In this document: piece after piece, positions 14,465 to 29,500 of the stretch
Position numbering within the stretch: the first letter of the stretch is position 1
Layout of the letters: each line of letters starts with the position of its first letter
Source: Tubiluchus corallicola
Taxonomy: Eukaryota > Animalia > Priapulida
Length of the DNA stretch: 64,000 nt
Direction: 5' to 3'
NCBI GenBank assembly: GCA_030141605.1
Contig: JAQGDQ010000209.1
Span: forward strand, 124,001 to 188,000
Position numbers and translations under genes: made by a program
Notes under the pieces: generated by a model
Told to the model about the DNA's origin: nothing
Seen by the model: only the letters and a program-made list of their open reading frames with translations
Databases searched by the model: none

Positions 14465-15509
14465 CTTGATCGCTTTCTCTTGTTTTTGAAATTGCTACTT
14501 TGTTTCATTTTTTATTTTCTATTTTTTCTTCCTATTTTACATTGCCATGTCAGCTATGTTTTATTTTTCCTTGGTTTTTAATACAGTTTTCTTACTCGCT
14601 GTTAATTTTTCCATTTGCCTATAATATTCCCCACTAATGGTGTTTTAGGTAAAACAGTTTATAAAATTGCTTTTCCTTGTAAAAATACGTGCTTTTGGTA
14701 ACAGCTGCGATCTTAATGAAACCAATGAGGAGAATTACGTGTTAATTGCGCAGGCGGGTGAGGAAATGTACATTCAAGGGCATAATTGATATTTTTGTCA
14801 ACTTGTTTCATTCAAACGTCAATAGCATGCTGTAGTTGGGAGGTTTGCAAAATGTCAAGTTGTTTCACTCAATATGAGTCACGGAATTATAGTGGTATGA
14901 ACATTATACCGAAATCACGCCAATTACTTCTATTCAATCAAAAATTACTCTTAGTATGTTACTTCAGTTTCAGCAATCTGCTTTAATAGAATAATTATTT
15001 TCATCGTTTTTCAAGGTGAGACAAATTGTAAGCATAAGAGAAACAGACAACTTATATCACCAGAGACGCCCAACGAGGTCTGACAATAATAAACGACAAA
15101 CAACCGAATGCTCTACATGCCAGGTGAAATCACTTTTGTTCAGAAATTGATCGTCCACCCGTCTGCAATACTTACAGTAATTGCCCTCGCCTAATGATAT
15201 GTAATAAAAGCAATATTTAGGTTACCAACGAAACATGGCTTTGCGATGAGTGGCTATGGGCGATTGCTTTTTCTGTTGATTGTTATTAGGAGCACTATGG
15301 TTTGGCGGATTGTCGTCTGATTGTAGCAAATGATTGGGAACTACCAACTTATTGTGATCGACTGTAAACCAAGCTGCGTGGGGCTCATTAAATTGACATT
15401 GTTTGTGCTTGCTGTCTCTCACTGTCATACGGAGGGAAAGGTCACTCTCACTAATGTATAAGGCTTCCTTGCTTCCTTGACAGTACAGTTATCATGAAGG
15501 ATTGTCTGT

Positions 15510-15672
15510 CACTTCGCCAGGACACAATTGCCAGTGCATTATTTCGCCAGTCTATCGTCTCGCTAACTCGTGATTTCGCTGTTCTATCATTTCGCCAGTG
15601 GATATTAGAAACAGTGGAATACGTATTTAAGCACTGCTACGCTTCGCCAGTGCATCATTTCGCCAGTGCAGT
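15510..15672. repeat. Degenerate array of the TTTCGCCAGT motif (probable internal repeats of a non-autonomous DNA/Helentron-type element)
   Basis: ttcgccag(t) recurs about 6 times with irregular spacing. Confidence 0.6.
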
Positions 15673-17744
15673 ATGGAATATATCTGTGATAATACATGGT
15701 ATTACAGATTGAATTATATCTTCTATTTTTCATTATTATCCATTTGTAATGCTTACATTATAATAGATAATACTTTTTCTGATAGACCAGCGAAGGGTAG
15801 TAGAATCCACTCATAAAAAAGTTATTCATGGGTATAGCTTACTAAAAAGTTCTTTAGCTTCCGGGCAAACATGTAATAAGTTATCCAGACAGCACTATCA
15901 CAAAGTCAAGGTCTAAGCAAAAGACTGTGAACAGGCTCATGTACTGTAAATCATAGGTCATGAAAAGTACAGGAATTCTTCAAGGTTTTTCTAATGCGAT
16001 TTTATTTCCTAAGAATTAGTGAAAACAACAACCAGACTTTAAATAGTCCTTTGGTAATTTAATCACAAGAAAATTAATCACGAAAACTGATCATGGATCA
16101 GTTGGTTAGTCTTAAGAAAATTGGTTTCAAAAAAGTTAATCATGGGAGATCTATACTAAGCAATCTGGTACGCGCATCAGGAGATTTTGCAAAAAGTTTG
16201 AAGCTTTCGGGTTTGTTTAGCAGCTACAATTATACCAAGAAATGTTGCTCAAAATTAACTATAGCGACAAGCCATTTTGTTATCAAACATAAAATCATCT
16301 AAACTGTACACTCTCGTTGCAGTTGCAGTATCATGCTCTATTAATGCTAGTACCTTTCTGTTCGTAATTTTGGGTCATGACCTCTTGGTGACCTCTCGCC
16401 TTTGACTTCCACGATTTCACCGGTGTGATAGGTTTTCTGATGTTTTGTATATTTCTGTTGCGTTTCTAACACAAGTGTGTTTACATTTGGTTGATTTTGA
16501 TTGTTTTGACCCAAAGTCAGAAATTATTCAAATAAATTAAGCAACACAAGTTAAATCATTATAAAAAGTTATTCAAAATATATTATTTCAACATTGTTAT
16601 ACTGACCCAACGAATTCTTAAAAATGTTTTTGATGTAATGTATCGGGATTATGTTCTGTCTGTGTCGACGAAAATATGTTCTAATCGAAATGAGCGCACG
16701 TTCAGCTAACAGTGATGATTGTGTACAAAGACAAAAACAGCACGAAATCGGTGATACTGTCGCAACGTATGAACCACAAATAATCATTAGAGCCCAGTAA
16801 TGTGAATTATAGCAAAGGCTTTTAAAAATGAAATATAACATTGCTAGAAAATAATGACAGGAATTAAAGTGTATGAAGGAATTACTGGTGGCATTAAGGT
16901 GTAACTTGCAATATTTTTAAAGTTATTAATTAGTTATAAAGACATTTTCATGCAAGCCTAAAATAAAGACTTAGCAAACTGATTTTATAGCAGTAGTGTA
17001 TGTTGACTTGGGCCGTCCTTTGAATTGTTGTAAAAGTGTATGTGTGCAAGTTGAGGTCATCATGATTCAAGACCAACATGTCACTCCCGCGGGACGTTGA
17101 TTAAACGCAATAACAAAAGCTGAGCTGCCGAGTAATTATGCAGCATCCTCCATTAATGATGTTTGCCAGTATGCCGGGCATATAGAGTTACGAGTTCTGT
17201 TGGTCTCAAAGGTTTTGCAGTTAATCCAATCTGCAGGGACCTGGCATCATAATCATCATCACCATCATCATCATGCAGACATGCCTGGCTTCTTTAGCGC
17301 ATGATTCAAAGCTATTCCTTATCCATAAACAATATAGATCGTTGCAGAAGTAGGTTAGACTACACACAGATGTAACAATTAGTGATTAAAACGGGAAAAT
17401 TGCTTGTAGTTTTGCTGAGACGCTTTTAACGTATTCTCACGCGTCGATTTGCTTTTGTTTATATTTTGTAGAAGAATGAATCTGGCTCAAAGTTATTGTC
17501 CTTATTAGTGGTGCCTTTTATTACAGATGACATAGTAATTTCTGAACGCTAATGAACGAAGTGCTAATTAGTACTGCTTTAACTAATAATCAACAACCTC
17601 TTACTGTAGAGGTACAACCTTAAACGATTTGGCATATCATTCTCACGAAACATGAATGAATGCCAGAAAATGGCGTTGAAGGCACGATGCAAAACACATA
17701 TGCTATGACTATGTTCTCTCTCTATAAACAACATTGGCTGGATA

Positions 17745-17991
17745 CATGGTGTTTCAAAAGAAATAGTGCAGTAGAAATATGATAAATATAACAAACAATC
17801 TGGGCCACTGCATTATGGTATCACAATGCAAATGTTATTTTTACATCATTATTTTATTTTTGCTACCATACAACTTGGTATGACCTTACTTATCGGACTT
17901 TGTATGGTGTAATATTGGTATGCTTATTAGTATACCAGAACTATACAAATATTAGTATTTGTTAGTTCAATATTTCTTTTGGAACACCCTG
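17745..17991. mobile_element. Tc1/mariner-type MITE
   Basis: TA|CATGGTGTTTCAAAAGAAATA ... TATTTCTTTTGGAACACCCTG; CAGGGTGT-type terminal inverted repeats. Confidence 0.7.
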
Positions 17992-18233
17992 TGTAGCATC
18001 CACAACATCTAGAAAGTAGTAACAATATGCTTACTGATTATAACTGTCAACTCCTCAGCGACTTGACCCAGTTATTATCAAAATAAGCCTTTCTTCAATT
18101 CCTATTATACATCTGTCCATATTCAGCCTTCATTGTAATAATTGCAAGATTATCGTAGGCTGGGACGATCACTTTTCCATTAAAGTTTATAGAAGAATAA
18201 TGTTCAGTTAATCAATACTGATAACGACATAAG

Positions 18234-18565
18234 CAAGGCCGGATTATAACCCTTTGGGCCTCTAGGCCTCGAGGGCCTCTGGGGACCCTCAACCAGGGCC
18301 CTTTATCTCAAATAAGGAGCCACGAACAAGTGACACTTTTTTAAAATTGGGTTTTCAGACTCCCGGTCCTATTTTTCCAAAGATAAAATTTTACTTTAAG
18401 TTAAATGAATTATTCAGCAATGCAAAGTACTAAAATTATTATACCTATTTTTCAAAAAATATATCTCTGAAATTCTTTTAGCGGGGCCCCTCAAGCTTTC
18501 GGCTCCCAAGCAGAGAGGCACTTGGCTGCAACCTATACCAGCCTATAAGGTAATCGCCTAAGCCA
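18234..18565. mobile_element. Degenerate hAT-like MITE
   Basis: Begins CAAGGCCGGATTA, has GC-rich GGGCCC subterminal clusters at both ends around an AT-rich core, and has a decayed right end taatcgcctaagcc. Confidence 0.5.
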
Positions 18566-20034
18566 AGTTCTCAAGACAAGAGAAAGATGGAAGTGTTTTT
18601 AAACAAAAGTTAAGCCGATGGTAATGACGGTGTTTAATGAAGTAACACAATTTACAATTCTTTGTAATCGAAATTCATCTTCCAAATGATACAACAGTAT
18701 TGTTAAATACTGTAGTGAACGTAAACGTGCGCAAATTTAATGTTAAAATAAAGACTGTGAAAAATTTTTTGCAAAAACTGAAATTTACGAAGATTATTCA
18801 AGCAGAAATTAGCAGAAATTTTTAGAAAAATTAAGTTGTGAAATTGTAAGTTTACTTTTGTACTCTTTAACGCCCATGAGCTTACAAATTTTATTCTTGT
18901 GCATTTTAAGCATTTGTTAAATATTCAATATTAAAATTAGAAATTTTACAGTACAATTGTCTGCTCTGAAAATAAATAGCTGTTGCCCTGAAAATTTAAA
19001 AAATTGTTTGCTCTGGGAGGTAACCCCCCTCGACCACCGCCTCGTACGCCTTTGGTAACAGCAACAGGAGCAACAGCGACAATTTATAGAGCCATTGCAA
19101 TGACAAGTTTATCCGTGCGAAAAAACCAAACAGTAAGAGCTACATGTCCCTAATGGCAGTGTTTTAGCTTTATCCGAACCGCATTTATGCTTTAAAATTC
19201 GCAACCTACTTCGAAATTCTGAGGAAAGTGCACTTACGGAGCAAGAAAAAATGCTGAAACTATACGTTTACAGGTAACGACAACGTGGGGCCGAATTACA
19301 CAGTATTTGCGTCGTAGTACCCATGACAACGACGAAATATTGGAAAGAACGCGATATTTTAAAATAAACGAAGACAATTACACCAGTTACAGCATTATTA
19401 CGTTGTCACAAGGTATTCGAATCACGTGCTAGTAACAACTTCATTCTTTACAAGTGGCTGAGCTTGGACCACCTTAATTGAATCAATAGCTAGAAATTAC
19501 CGTGACGAGTGGACGTTTAAAACAGCGTATAACAAGCGACAAAATGAAATTTTATCTGCTCGCCTGCCTGATAGTTAAACAAAACGACAATCGCACAAAA
19601 TGTAGTTTAGGCATAACTGGTAACCACATCAACAAAGGAAAAGTCCCTTATGGCGAGTTCACATCAGTTGAAGTGTATCATGAATGAACTTAGTAAGACA
19701 GCATCACTACATGACTTGGACGATACTGTGTCCTTGAAAGCAAAGCGATGCTGGACCTAATCAGAAAATAGATAAGTAACTGTCGAAAAAACTGCTTCTG
19801 GGAAGTTTCATCTTTCATACTCTCCTGGTTGTTTCTATCGTTGAGAGAGAGGAACGCAAATCCAAACACCCAAATCCAAACGGCTAAGACATCATTATTG
19901 ATTCAGTGGTGTCTCATCTCAAGGAATTATACATGATAAAGATTAAGATACTACCCACAACTACTCAACATTAGCAATAATTCCTGTAGCTGAGCCATAC
20001 TGCTATAATATTTAAATATAAGCGGAAGAGTATA

Positions 20035-20344
20035 CCCAGGCAGCACACAATATTGTCACAATATGGTCACGATTTTGTCAGGATGGTGACAAAAAATATG
20101 TTCAGAAAATATTATCACCATGTTGGTATAATATAGGATATTTTTGCCTAACACTGGTACAACATTGGACCAATATTAAATTAAATTAAATTAAATTAAA
20201 TATATTCGTCCAGTACACATGGTTTACACACATTGATAAAAAAATAATGGTACAATGTTGTGGCAAGTCCAAATTTCCATATGGTATCAATATTTGCAAA
20301 AATATTGTGACAACATTAAGACAATATTGTTGCTGCTGCCTGGG
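20035..20344. mobile_element. MITE with CCCAG...CTGGG termini and TA duplication (metazoan EnSpm/CMC-like)
   Basis: TA|CCCAGGCAGCA ... TGCTGCCTGGG|TA perfect 11-bp TIR; internal caatattgtcac / gtgacaa subterminal repeats in inverted orientation. Confidence 0.85.
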
Positions 20345-21574
20345 TAGTAGACATACTTTGTGTATGCTTTTGTAAGTGGAATTATTACGTTTTTTTAAGT
20401 TTATTAGTAGTCGTTTTTGCTTTTAGAGTCTATTAATCTCTCCCTTGAATCATAGGTTTAAGTAATTTTCTCTTTTAGTTTTTTTTGGGGAGGGGCTTTG
20501 GGGGATAATGTGTACGGTATTAGATATGTGGCAACATCGAGATTTTAATCCGTACATCTTCATAAGGTTTACTCAAAACTGCGCTTTGTAAAAAAATGCG
20601 CGCAAGTAACTCACATTGCTCTAACTCAACATGAGTTATTTGCCAAGTAAATTATCCGACGTAAGTTTTAATAAAACGAATTGAATTAAGCAAAATGGCT
20701 GCGTTAAGAAATACACTTTTACATTCGCATAATTTAGTTACAAAGAGCAGTTGCATTAATATTTTAGGCTTTGGACTGGATATGCGCATTAGTCTTTATT
20801 ATTACAATTTAACAGGCGAGAAGTTTGCTGGCGCAAATACAGACGCAGTTTACACAAACTTCTCAAGGCTTAGAATTTTAGTTGAAGGCGATTTGGGAGC
20901 CTTTGATTATAGTATCTTTCTGGCTAAATTTTGCAATTCACAAAAGAAAGTAGTTATGTGAGTGTGTTATAATAATGCTTAACGTTGTTTTTTTGTTTTT
21001 TTGGGAGGGGGTACTAATTTGCTAATGTTACTGCATTGTTTGAAATGTTCTGAAAATACACAAATAAATTGGTAAATATATAAACAAATAAGTTTTATCA
21101 TAAATTATCTTATTTTGCGTCATAGTAGTAGTAGTAGTAATTTATTGACAAAGATTATCTTGTTACACGGAGTGAGACATATTTATAGTAAAATAACAAC
21201 ATCCATCTTATGTCCAGAAAAAACAAGTCGTTTAAATTACCATACAAATAAAGAATAATAAATAAATAATAACACAAAAAGTGGGAAAGAATGGTAAAGG
21301 ACTGAAAAGACATCAACGTCTGTCCCTTTCTCCTATACATCGATCTAAAAACAAACTAATGGCTCACTAATTATAAAATTAATAGTCACTATTAAACAGA
21401 CAATGAATACAATTATCTTATTAATATATGCGTAATACAATAAATAAGTGCTTATACGTGAAAATTGTGAAAAACAGTCAACGAAACCTAAATATAGCGA
21501 ATCTGTAAGCAAAAGAAAACTGTATTTCGTATTGAATCTAATGATGACAGATATTTTTATAAAATGTAGTTTTT

Positions 21575-21952
21575 AGTAAGCCTTTTCACTGTTTCCTTGT
21601 GCGCACGCGCACTTGCTGGTCAAAGGTTAACTGTACCACAGCAACACGTCTTAACTACAATCATCACGTGTCATATGGGGAAAGCAAAACCGTCTGCCGC
21701 ATCAGTTCAATAGCTTCAGTTGTTTTACGTGAAGTTTACTTAATTATGCATTAGTCTGTGCGTAGAGTAATTTGCTAGCAGGATATTGCTTGGGAACAAG
21801 AAAAATTGAACTAGATTAGGCTATAGTAAGGCTTTAACAGCTGTTAAAGCTGTTACTAATACAACAGCTTGGGCTGCGAGGCGTTGTCAAGTGTACACTT
21901 AACCTTTGACCTTTTCACGATCATCATCGCTAGAACTGTGAAAAGGCTTACT
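21575..21952. mobile_element. MITE with ~16-bp TIR
   Basis: AGTAAGCCTTTTCAC ... GTGAAAAGGCTTACT, plus a second internal inverted pair ggtcaaaggttaa / ttaacctttgacc. Confidence 0.8.
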
Positions 21953-23805
21953 GAAAAAACTCTATGTTTAACAGCGCAGGTGGATTCGCCAAAAGTTTAT
22001 ACTGGTTGAAGAGGAAAATTACGTTTATGCGAACAATATCACGTCAGCTACAGAGTTATTGTGAACAGACCTTCTAGTCTCCTTTACAGGGCCCGCGGAG
22101 GTTCAAATGCGATGCACTAACCCATTAATGTTTAATGAAACAAAGACTGATCTCGCTAGCTTTTGCCCATGCGAACAGCCTAGGTGGATTTTAGCTGTCG
22201 TGAGAATGGTTTGCATTAAATAATTAATAGGTAAGCTTGTATCAGATGAAAGCACATGTGCCTAGAGACGTTAAATCAAGAACTAGAGCGGAAGACTAGG
22301 CGCCCTTGCTCGCTCATAACAGAGCTCATACTCATAGAGCAGAGATCACGTCACGATCATTAATCACAATGAAACTTTATGGCCACTTTTTAAAGATGCA
22401 TATTTTATGCATAAGGCTTACTCAAAACAAAGCCCAGTCAAAATGTAGCGCTATTTTTATTATAATAGAACGATCACAAGTAACGTTAACAAAATTGAAA
22501 AGGAAGAGGATGACTTGTTCATAGGACTATTAGTTCATAGTACTATTATATGTCCAATATACATATCTTAATTGACTGTAAAATTATTTATTAAGCAAAT
22601 TCGGCCAACTGCATACCTCATAATCAGAGATAATTTCTTTTGTACTAGGCTTAATGTTGCTTATTTATGCTTTCAAAGTAATGTAATCCAACGTAAAACT
22701 GTAAAAACGTTGTCCTACTTTAGAAAACAACGTCAGTAACACATTTTGTTGATTTCTACCGGTCTGAGTGTGTTTTCCAAACTAGCATAATTGACAAGCA
22801 TTTAGACAGTTAAGATATTGAAATCTCCCTAGTTTTCATTCTTTTGGAGGTTTATATTGTTTGCTAGGTGCCTTTCGCCACATTACTTTATAAAATTAAT
22901 TACTTAAATCGGATGCAAACATGCACATATCAATATTCCTGATAAATTTCGACATTCAGAATTAACTATAAATTACTAAAAAAATCGTAATTTCACTAAT
23001 GGAATTACTGCATTGCAGCATATAGTTTATAGTCCACACTGGAGAAACTTGCGTTAATTTAACCAGACAAAATTTCTGTGCAAAATAAACGTTAATTAAA
23101 GTCCTGGGATTTAGCAATTTCATTTGAGACAACTAATTTATTGCAGATAAAAGAGTTAAACCTGGATATATAATAGATTAATAAGTATTAGTCTTGTCAC
23201 TTCGATTAGAGGCGGCAGAAATTATAAAGGGTATAGGTTAGGCTGTCAGTAGGCAAATCTCAACTTATCACAGGATACATTCTTTCATATGAAGATGTGG
23301 TAAAGAGTTGAATTATAAAACCAGATGAAAACAGCTGTGTTGCCCAAATTTGGACCGATGTTTGCTAGGCCGACTGAGTGAGATAATGGTCTAGGTTGGT
23401 GAGAATGATACCATGTCACCATACCATGACCAGTTTACTATGCCCACCACAAAAGCATTATCCATAACAAAATTATGTTGGTAGAATTAAATAGTTTATT
23501 ACTAATTGATAATAATATAATAGTATGGATTTTCTGTGTTATATACAGCACAATAATTCTGATTCACTTTTAAGTTACCAAGTTTTCTTTGGTCGTTTTT
23601 ATGGTTATTTTTTAATCAACCTGAGTTTCCCCATATATACCTATTTATTCATCGCTGCAAAGTTATGCATACAGTGCTCACACTCACAGACAATCAAATG
23701 TGTACAGCCAGGCGTGGAAGAGAAAAAATTAAATTGAGTAGCCTTATTGCTCTATAGGCAGCCACATATAAAAACTGCATTACACGTACGTTCCAGTTTC
23801 ACAAC

Positions 23806-24015
23806 TAAAGTGGCGTTAACCTAGCATCCGGAATTCATATGCAATGTGGATGCCGAATAGATAAATCGGTTTATATTGTTTTCAATACGCCCATTTATCA
23901 GACTTGCCTTATGCGTTATTTTTCCTGCAGTTATATCCTATTGATTTTTTATACGCAGCTATTCCTCGGGTGGACAACGCATACGCATTCCAGATGCTAG
24001 GTAAACGCCACTTTA
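23806..24015. mobile_element. Palindromic MITE family A copy 2
   Basis: TAAAGTGGCGTTAACCTAGCATCCGGAA ... TTCCAGATGCTAGGTAAACGCCACTTTA. Confidence 0.88.
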
Positions 24016-25584
24016 CTCTATTCAGCTCTTTTTCTGTTTTGGACCTGCTACTGTACATTAGCATTGATACTTTTCCTACTTAATAGTCAAAAACCTTTTT
24101 ACTTTAGGATCACCTACTAGCTGTTATGCTCATAGTACAATAGAGCTCACCCAAACAACTTTTCTATGCTTCAAGGCGTGAATTCACAATATCTGCTTCA
24201 CTAGGGAGTCCCATAAGTTCCCCTGCTTCTTGGCGCAGTTTATCCAGAACGAAAACAAACTCTGTTCAAGTAACTGTAAGCGGGTTGACTCAAGATTAGG
24301 TCTGTTCAAGATGTGCAGCTCTTGAGTTTATTGTTATAAGGAATTCTATACAGACCACACGGATAAATTTTGTGTTTGCTGCCTAGCAGCCTTCTTATAT
24401 GTACTAATTGTTATATGCATAATAGGAAATGTTTCATGACATTCTGTATGTGAAGATATAGCAATGCTTCTCAGGGTAGCCACCGGAAGAACACATAGAA
24501 CATTTATTTTCTCCAATATCGTTTACAGCAACACTTTTCAGCATTAAATATTTTAAAATTAATTTCGAGTGCCATTCGCTAAGTCCATTTGATCACAAGT
24601 ATTAAATTTTACAAGTATCACACTATAGCTGTTTCTTGAAACAATGTGCTTTTCGTCTTTCACTATGCTTTATAAGACTATTGTTTATAGTTATAAAATA
24701 TGAAAAGCTAGAAGAATTGCATTTTGGAGGCTTAGCTACAAACATCGTGTAGCTCATTGGTTGTTATGGGGTTTGATTTTCAGTGTTTGAGGTTTTAACT
24801 GCAGCAAAATGATGACGGTGTAATAACTTCTATAGAATCGCAAAAATCGCATTCATTTAACAATCAGAGAACTTATTTTAAATGAAAGAACTTTACTTGC
24901 ACTTTTAACAAAGTAATGCATAAAATAGTAAAAATTTAAAAGTGCTAGAGCAACCAGAGCTAACAAGGCACAAAAAAACCAATGGACAAAACATCAATCG
25001 CACAAACTTTACGATAGCGACTTAACGTCTAACCCCCTGGTTAGTACAATGAAAGTGTTGATCATGTAAAAGTTTATGACCAAAAAACACACTTGGGTGA
25101 GAATTTGTAAATCAACCATACAGATAAATCATATAAATTGCTAGTGACTATTGTAAAACAAGTATTTACATTTGAATGGAAAAGTTTTCATTCCTATATA
25201 AAGCATAAAAAATCATACAAAAGAGGGTGTATAGTATACTGTATCTGACACAGTCTTATTTAAACCTACAGCTATTTTTGTATAAGTACAAGTTAACTAA
25301 TCCACGGTGGGCATACCGACTGGGCTCTCTAATCTTACGTGTTGGGTAACAGCAAAGTATATCATTGGCTTATGTGGCTTCAGTGGTCTTAATCTCTCAA
25401 AACTCAAGAGCGGCAAACAGTCTGAAGCCACGCCAGTACTAACAGAGTTGTACGTCCATAACATCTATATCATATTTACTTAATTGCCAGCAACCGGGTT
25501 CAACTTGGTCAATAATTATGCACAACAGTGCAAGTGAGTTGGCCTCACCTGTTAAGGTTACACAAGCATTATGAAAAAAACAGA

Positions 25585-25710
25585 GAAAGGAAAGAAAAAG
25601 ACGAACGATCAAATGAATGGACGGATGAATGAACAACTCACAAACAAACGAACGAACTGACAAAAAGAAAGAAGGAAAGAAACGAATGAACGAATGAACG
25701 AATGGAAAAA
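25585..25710. repeat. Degenerate tetranucleotide repeat (GAAC/GAAT/GAAA)n
   Basis: gaacgatcaaatgaatggacggatgaatgaac...gaacgaatgaacgaatg. Confidence 0.7.
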
Positions 25711-26367
25711 ATAAGAAGACATGTGTAAGCGTACAACTACATCCAGTAGTTAATAAGTAATTATTTATAATAGACGTTGATGTTTATAGTCATCCAAAAT
25801 TGGTTTTTTTAATTTTTTTATGAACTAAATTTGTATCATTAACCGACCAGACAGACAAATTTTATTCTCAAGCGGCCACTAAAAGCTGAGTAGCCATTAT
25901 CTAGAAGTCTATAGTTTTTCATTAAAGAAACCCATAAAGAAGATCAGTTGCTGTAATGGCATGCGGTGTCATTCTGACAGAAAGATTCAAACGATGTCAC
26001 CAGTAAAAGATCGAATCACCTACCACTATGCGGGGTTTAGCAACTGAAGGGCTAAGGATTCATTTTCACCACTAAAAGAAATTAGAATGAAAAACGTAAA
26101 AAATAATTTAACCAGTGCAGGATGAGATTTTTTTTACAAAAAAAATTCCGAAACGCTGGCCAGAATGTTGGCGAAGCTGATGATTTTGTTGATTTTTTTC
26201 ATTGTTAACAGTAACTATTGTAATAAGCAAAATTTTTGCGTTATAGCAAGCATTGCGTGCACCACAAGCCAAGCAAATGTATCTTTGAAAACGTTTACTA
26301 TTTTTAGCACAATTAGTTCTGATTAGTCAATTTCCAAAAGTAAATAAATAAATCTAAAGTAGAGGCC

Positions 26368-26547
26368 AAAGTTTACAATTCCCACAGATAAGAAATTAGT
26401 TCGCGAAGCGGATTAGGATTGGGGTTACGCTTAGTGTTGGGGTTAGGGTTACGGATAAGATAGGGTTGGGTTAGGGTTAGGGTTAAGGCTAAGGTTGAGG
26501 TTCGGGTTAGGGTATTCAAATTGAGAGGGGAATTGTAAACGCCTTCC
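26368..26547 (+). mobile_element. Short element carrying a degenerate (TTAGGG)n array, family C copy 1
   Basis: GTTTACAATTCCC ... ttagggttagggttaagg ... GGGAATTGTAAAC-gccttcc; perfect 13-bp inverted repeat enclosing telomere-like hexamers. Confidence 0.85.
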
Positions 26548-29500
26548 AAAGTAGAATTCAGGAAGCCATTTCCTAAGAGTGAAGTGAATTGTTTTAAATA
26601 ATAAACACATTTATCACTCTACAAATATCACACATTACATTAAATTGCTTCACAGAAAACATGTGTAGAAGTCTCTTTTACTAATAATAAAGAAATATTA
26701 TTCTCTCTTCCAGGCAACTGTTAATCCGCTAATATTTATGTGTCTCTGTAACTAAAATAATACTGCGCGTAATTTTAAAGCTGTGTAAGCTTAATAAATT
26801 AAGATACAGCGACAAGCACACAGAGAAGAATAATTATTAGACTGAAGCGGCAACCAGCATGAAGCATTAATTGGGAGCTTAGTCGGATTCCCATGACGTT
26901 GGCGCTGGATAATCCTTCAAAATTACATCGTCGTCAGATCGTTTCACATAAATTTTATTGCTTCTGTATAAGTCAATCTTGAGTTTGTTTTCTCTTGGTT
27001 CAGAAGAAGAATGAAATCCTCGCAAGAATTAATCTGTAGCACTCTGACTGCGAGGGAAATTGAGCAGTAAGACGTCCTTCCATTAACCAAAGGGCATTAT
27101 TTTTAGGAGCTATAAAGCTGCCTTAGCTTACGTTGATATCTTACTGTCGCCTGACTGTGACACAATTTAAGTTACTTGATGAGAATGATAGCACACAATG
27201 AGCACTTCTTTAATCTCTTGAGAAGAGACACTGTTTCTTAGCACTTAGAGTGATTAGAAAAATGAAATTACTAACGCAAGAGTAACCTTACGAGGTCAGA
27301 ACAAGTGTATTGCGCAGCCGTGGGATAGCGATTGTTTGATATATGGGCCCAAACCTTTGATAATCAATTGCATTTAAAATGCTTGAGCAGACAACAACAA
27401 TATGCCACGTGGCAACAGCGTTCAGGGATGAGGTATCACAGCCTGGAAAGGCTTAACAATGACCTTGCATGGAGTTGCGCCTATCTGTAAAGAAGCGGCC
27501 TTATAAAGATCTGCTGTAGCTTAAGAAATCGCATATAGGCAAGTAAAAACGACATTTTAGTTAGTGGCTGTATAATAGTGTATAAGCTCTGCTACGGTAT
27601 TTGAGTCTATATTTTAAAAAAAAAACTCACAAAACATGTTATGTGATGACTTTAAGTTGTACATTTTTGGTAAGGTATTTTTAAAATGTATGTTAGATTT
27701 TTAGTTAGTAATTTTAATCTGCTTTATCAAAAAAAATTTATGTGTTCTAAATATATGTAATATACAGTACTATGCGTACCGAATTTATCTTAAAGCAAGA
27801 GCCAAGTCTCTCGGGAAGTTGAGCTTATTTTAATATGTGGGGAAAATGTTAGAAAATTTCAGTAATAAAATTGTGATAAGCATCTCGCTTAATTAGTAAA
27901 ATCAATTTAAAGTCGCGATTACTTTACGCTTGGGTGCGCTTATTTTAGACAAAAAATGGCGTCATCCAGTTTCCGTGCAATATAAACACTTATTGTGCCA
28001 GGTGCTTCGGAATCTTTTTGTACTTATAAAGAGCGAACTCTGTAAACTAAGTAACCAGCCCGGCACCTAATACGTGCTGGCAAGTTTACGTGCGTATCTA
28101 AAAGTCAACAAGAATCTGTAAATTAATTATTTACACAATTAATGTTAATTACTTACATATTTTAAGGTGTAATCCTGTAAATTGAAGCAATGTAACCTCT
28201 TTAAATTTGATCATAATTGAACGAATAACTAATTTCTAGATAAACACAATTAAACACAACACTAGAATAATGGAACTTCTAAGCAAACTATATAAATTTT
28301 GCAACGCGTACCTTCACCCAGCTTGCCTTCACGGCACTCACGGTGCCCAGCACACATCGGCTTACGTCATTTTTTGAAATATGCCGGCACCAACGTTCGT
28401 TTGGCGGAGATAAGAAATTTTTGAATTTCTTAGACATTTTTAAGCAAAGCATTCTATGCGCATATTTTGTATTGTGATTTCAATATTTTTAACTGCATAT
28501 TAAAATGCAATAAATGTTGTTCAAGGTTGGTTCTTCCTTTAATATAAAAAAAAATTGAAGAGTGAAAACGTGTTTTGAAAACCCTAGTAAACCTTCTCAA
28601 CCAATTTCCGACGGCCCACATCAACAATCGAGCACCACAATTTACACTGATAACGCAAACGGCAAGAAAAATTCGCTTTAATTGTGTAATTTCACTTGGA
28701 TTGGCAAGATATAAAGTTCACTGTTTGTTCAGGTCCATCAAATTTTAATTCAAAGGACTTGTCGGCAAATATATCAGGCTGAGTAAAATCAGCAGTTTCT
28801 ATTTACTCTCTTTTATAACAACAACGTCAACTGTTCCAATCACACGATTCCATGTTTTTACGTCTGACTTTCTCCTAATAGCCATTAGCAAAGCACAAAA
28901 GAGAAATTAATAAAAGCCACGTAGAGCCTCGCTGCAAAAAGCCAGACAAGAAGCGTTTCTTGTATAAAGAGGGAACTGGTTTAAGCCGTAGAGGAAAGTG
29001 ATTCAAATGAAGAAATAAAATGTCATTGGTGATACTTGATTTCGATTCTCAGAAGTGTATAATACGAAGTACAAACTAACTTCAAGTACTAAATTTATTT
29101 TTAAGTACTAAACTAATTGTTATAAATGTGTGTTGTAAATGTTTGTAATATGGTACAATGTGTACTGACATAAAATAAAAAAAATACAAAATAAACAGTA
29201 AACTTGTAAGGAGAAAACGACAAATAGCCAGAGCAACGCGAACAGAGGAGTGGTAGCAGCGTGTGCTTAGCGACTAAAAATGAAGAACGCTAAGCCCAAA
29301 ACTGTTTCCATGCGGTTTCAACTGCCTTACCGCCCTTGATGATTACCTCACTGAGAGAGGACGGATATCATGAACACAGCAGTATTATCCAATAGGCGCT
29401 AGTATGGGGCGCAGCCTGGGGCTTTTGATGAAAAATGTATTTTTCTCTACGGTTGTGTTGAAATAAAGCTGATTTTGGTTGCAATAAATAGTAAAGTAGT

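Noticed and set aside
15222-15428. 68-aa minus-strand ORF and short hydrophobic plus-strand frames
   Set aside because: No homology recognised and plus-strand frames are closed by early stops
15510-15672. Spaced TTTCGCCAGT motifs as a CRISPR-like or iteron array
   Set aside because: Motif only ~10 bp, irregular spacing; typical of transposon subterminal repeats
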